Assembly: GCF_018350175.1 (NCBI RefSeq)
Contig: NC_058368.1
Span: 93,994,001-94,058,000 of the forward strand
Direction of reading: 5' to 3'
DNA from: Felis catus
Taxonomy: Eukaryota
Length of the DNA stretch: 64,000 nucleotides
The translations under genes were made by a program, and so were the position numbers. Below, one piece after another: positions 63,471 to 64,000 of this stretch; within the stretch, counting starts at the first letter, position 1; every line of letters starts with the position of its first letter. The notes under the pieces were generated by a model. The model was given only the letters and a program-made list of their open reading frames with translations, was not told where the DNA came from and did no database searches.

Positions 63471-63804
63471 AGGTGGGTGTTACTTTAAGACACTAAGTTT
63501 GTGGCCATTTATTAGGCAGCAAGAGAAAACTAATACAATTCTTCAATGAGCCTTGACTCTATTCAGTGTAAGTAAATTTGCCTTTGTGGAACTGAAGTCA
63601 GTGCTTGCTCAGATCACCCATTGCTCATTGTCCTGCGGTTATGGTGATTCGACAGCTAACAATCACATGTCCCCATTTCCAAACTCAATCAAATCACACA
63701 ACTATTTGCCTTCTATCCCCAAAGGAAATTCTAACTCATGATATTAATCCCAGCAGTAGAGCTGAACTGAGTCAGAATTCTAGAGATGACAAGTTTCTTT
63801 TCCT

Positions 63805-63831
63805 ATATTTTTTAAATGTTTATTTATTTTT

Positions 63832-63863
<32 letters not shown>

Positions 63864-64000
63864 GAGCAGGGGAGGGACAGAGGGAGAGGGAGACACAGAA
63901 TCCGAAGCAGGCTCCAGGCTCTGGGCTGTCAGCACAGAGCCCGACGCCGGGCTCAAACTCACGAGCCACCTGAGCCGAAGTCGGACGCTTAACCGACTGA
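63805..64000 (-). mobile_element. CAN-SINE (cut by the window end)
   Basis: Reverse SINE. Confidence 0.9.

Noticed and set aside
42..63962. Dozens of 60-130 aa ORFs with shared motifs (MAQSVKHPTSAQVMIS..., ...ERERE..., LSLSQNK)
   Set aside because: These are translations of CAN-SINE copies, not a gene family or a CRISPR-like array.
50000..64000. Searched for a neighbouring gene (e.g. TICAM2/TMED7, which I recall lie near FEM1C in human)
   Set aside because: No ORF or exon resembling a TIR or GOLD domain is visible in this window.

Overview
This is mammalian genomic DNA from a feliform carnivore, probably a felid; about 47 tRNA-derived CAN-SINEs of the feliform type are present. It holds one complete protein-coding gene, FEM1C, on the minus strand. 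FEM1C is a CRL2 substrate receptor for Arg/C-end degrons. The gene has a CpG-island promoter (~48.7-50.0 kb), a non-coding exon 1 (~49331-49600) and exon 2 (47738-48477, ATG at 48281). A ~20.9 kb intron 2 leads to terminal exon 3 (acceptor at 26827, stop at 25518-25520, ~3.4 kb 3'UTR ending near 22110). The spliced CDS is 544+1310=1854 nt, or 617 aa. The rest is intronic or intergenic DNA dominated by CAN-SINE, L1, L2, MIR, MaLR/ERV LTR and DNA-transposon relics. I see no convincing novel multi-gene system. The best leads are regulatory: FEM1C ends in its own target residue (C-terminal Arg) followed by a tandem stop, the exon 2-3 junction rebuilds a 5' splice site, the 5'UTR has two uORFs, and intron 2 has a candidate poly(A) site that would give a receptor lacking its VHL-box. 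Several nested or inverted SINE structures are also notable. Repeat boundaries and subfamily names were called by eye and are approximate.
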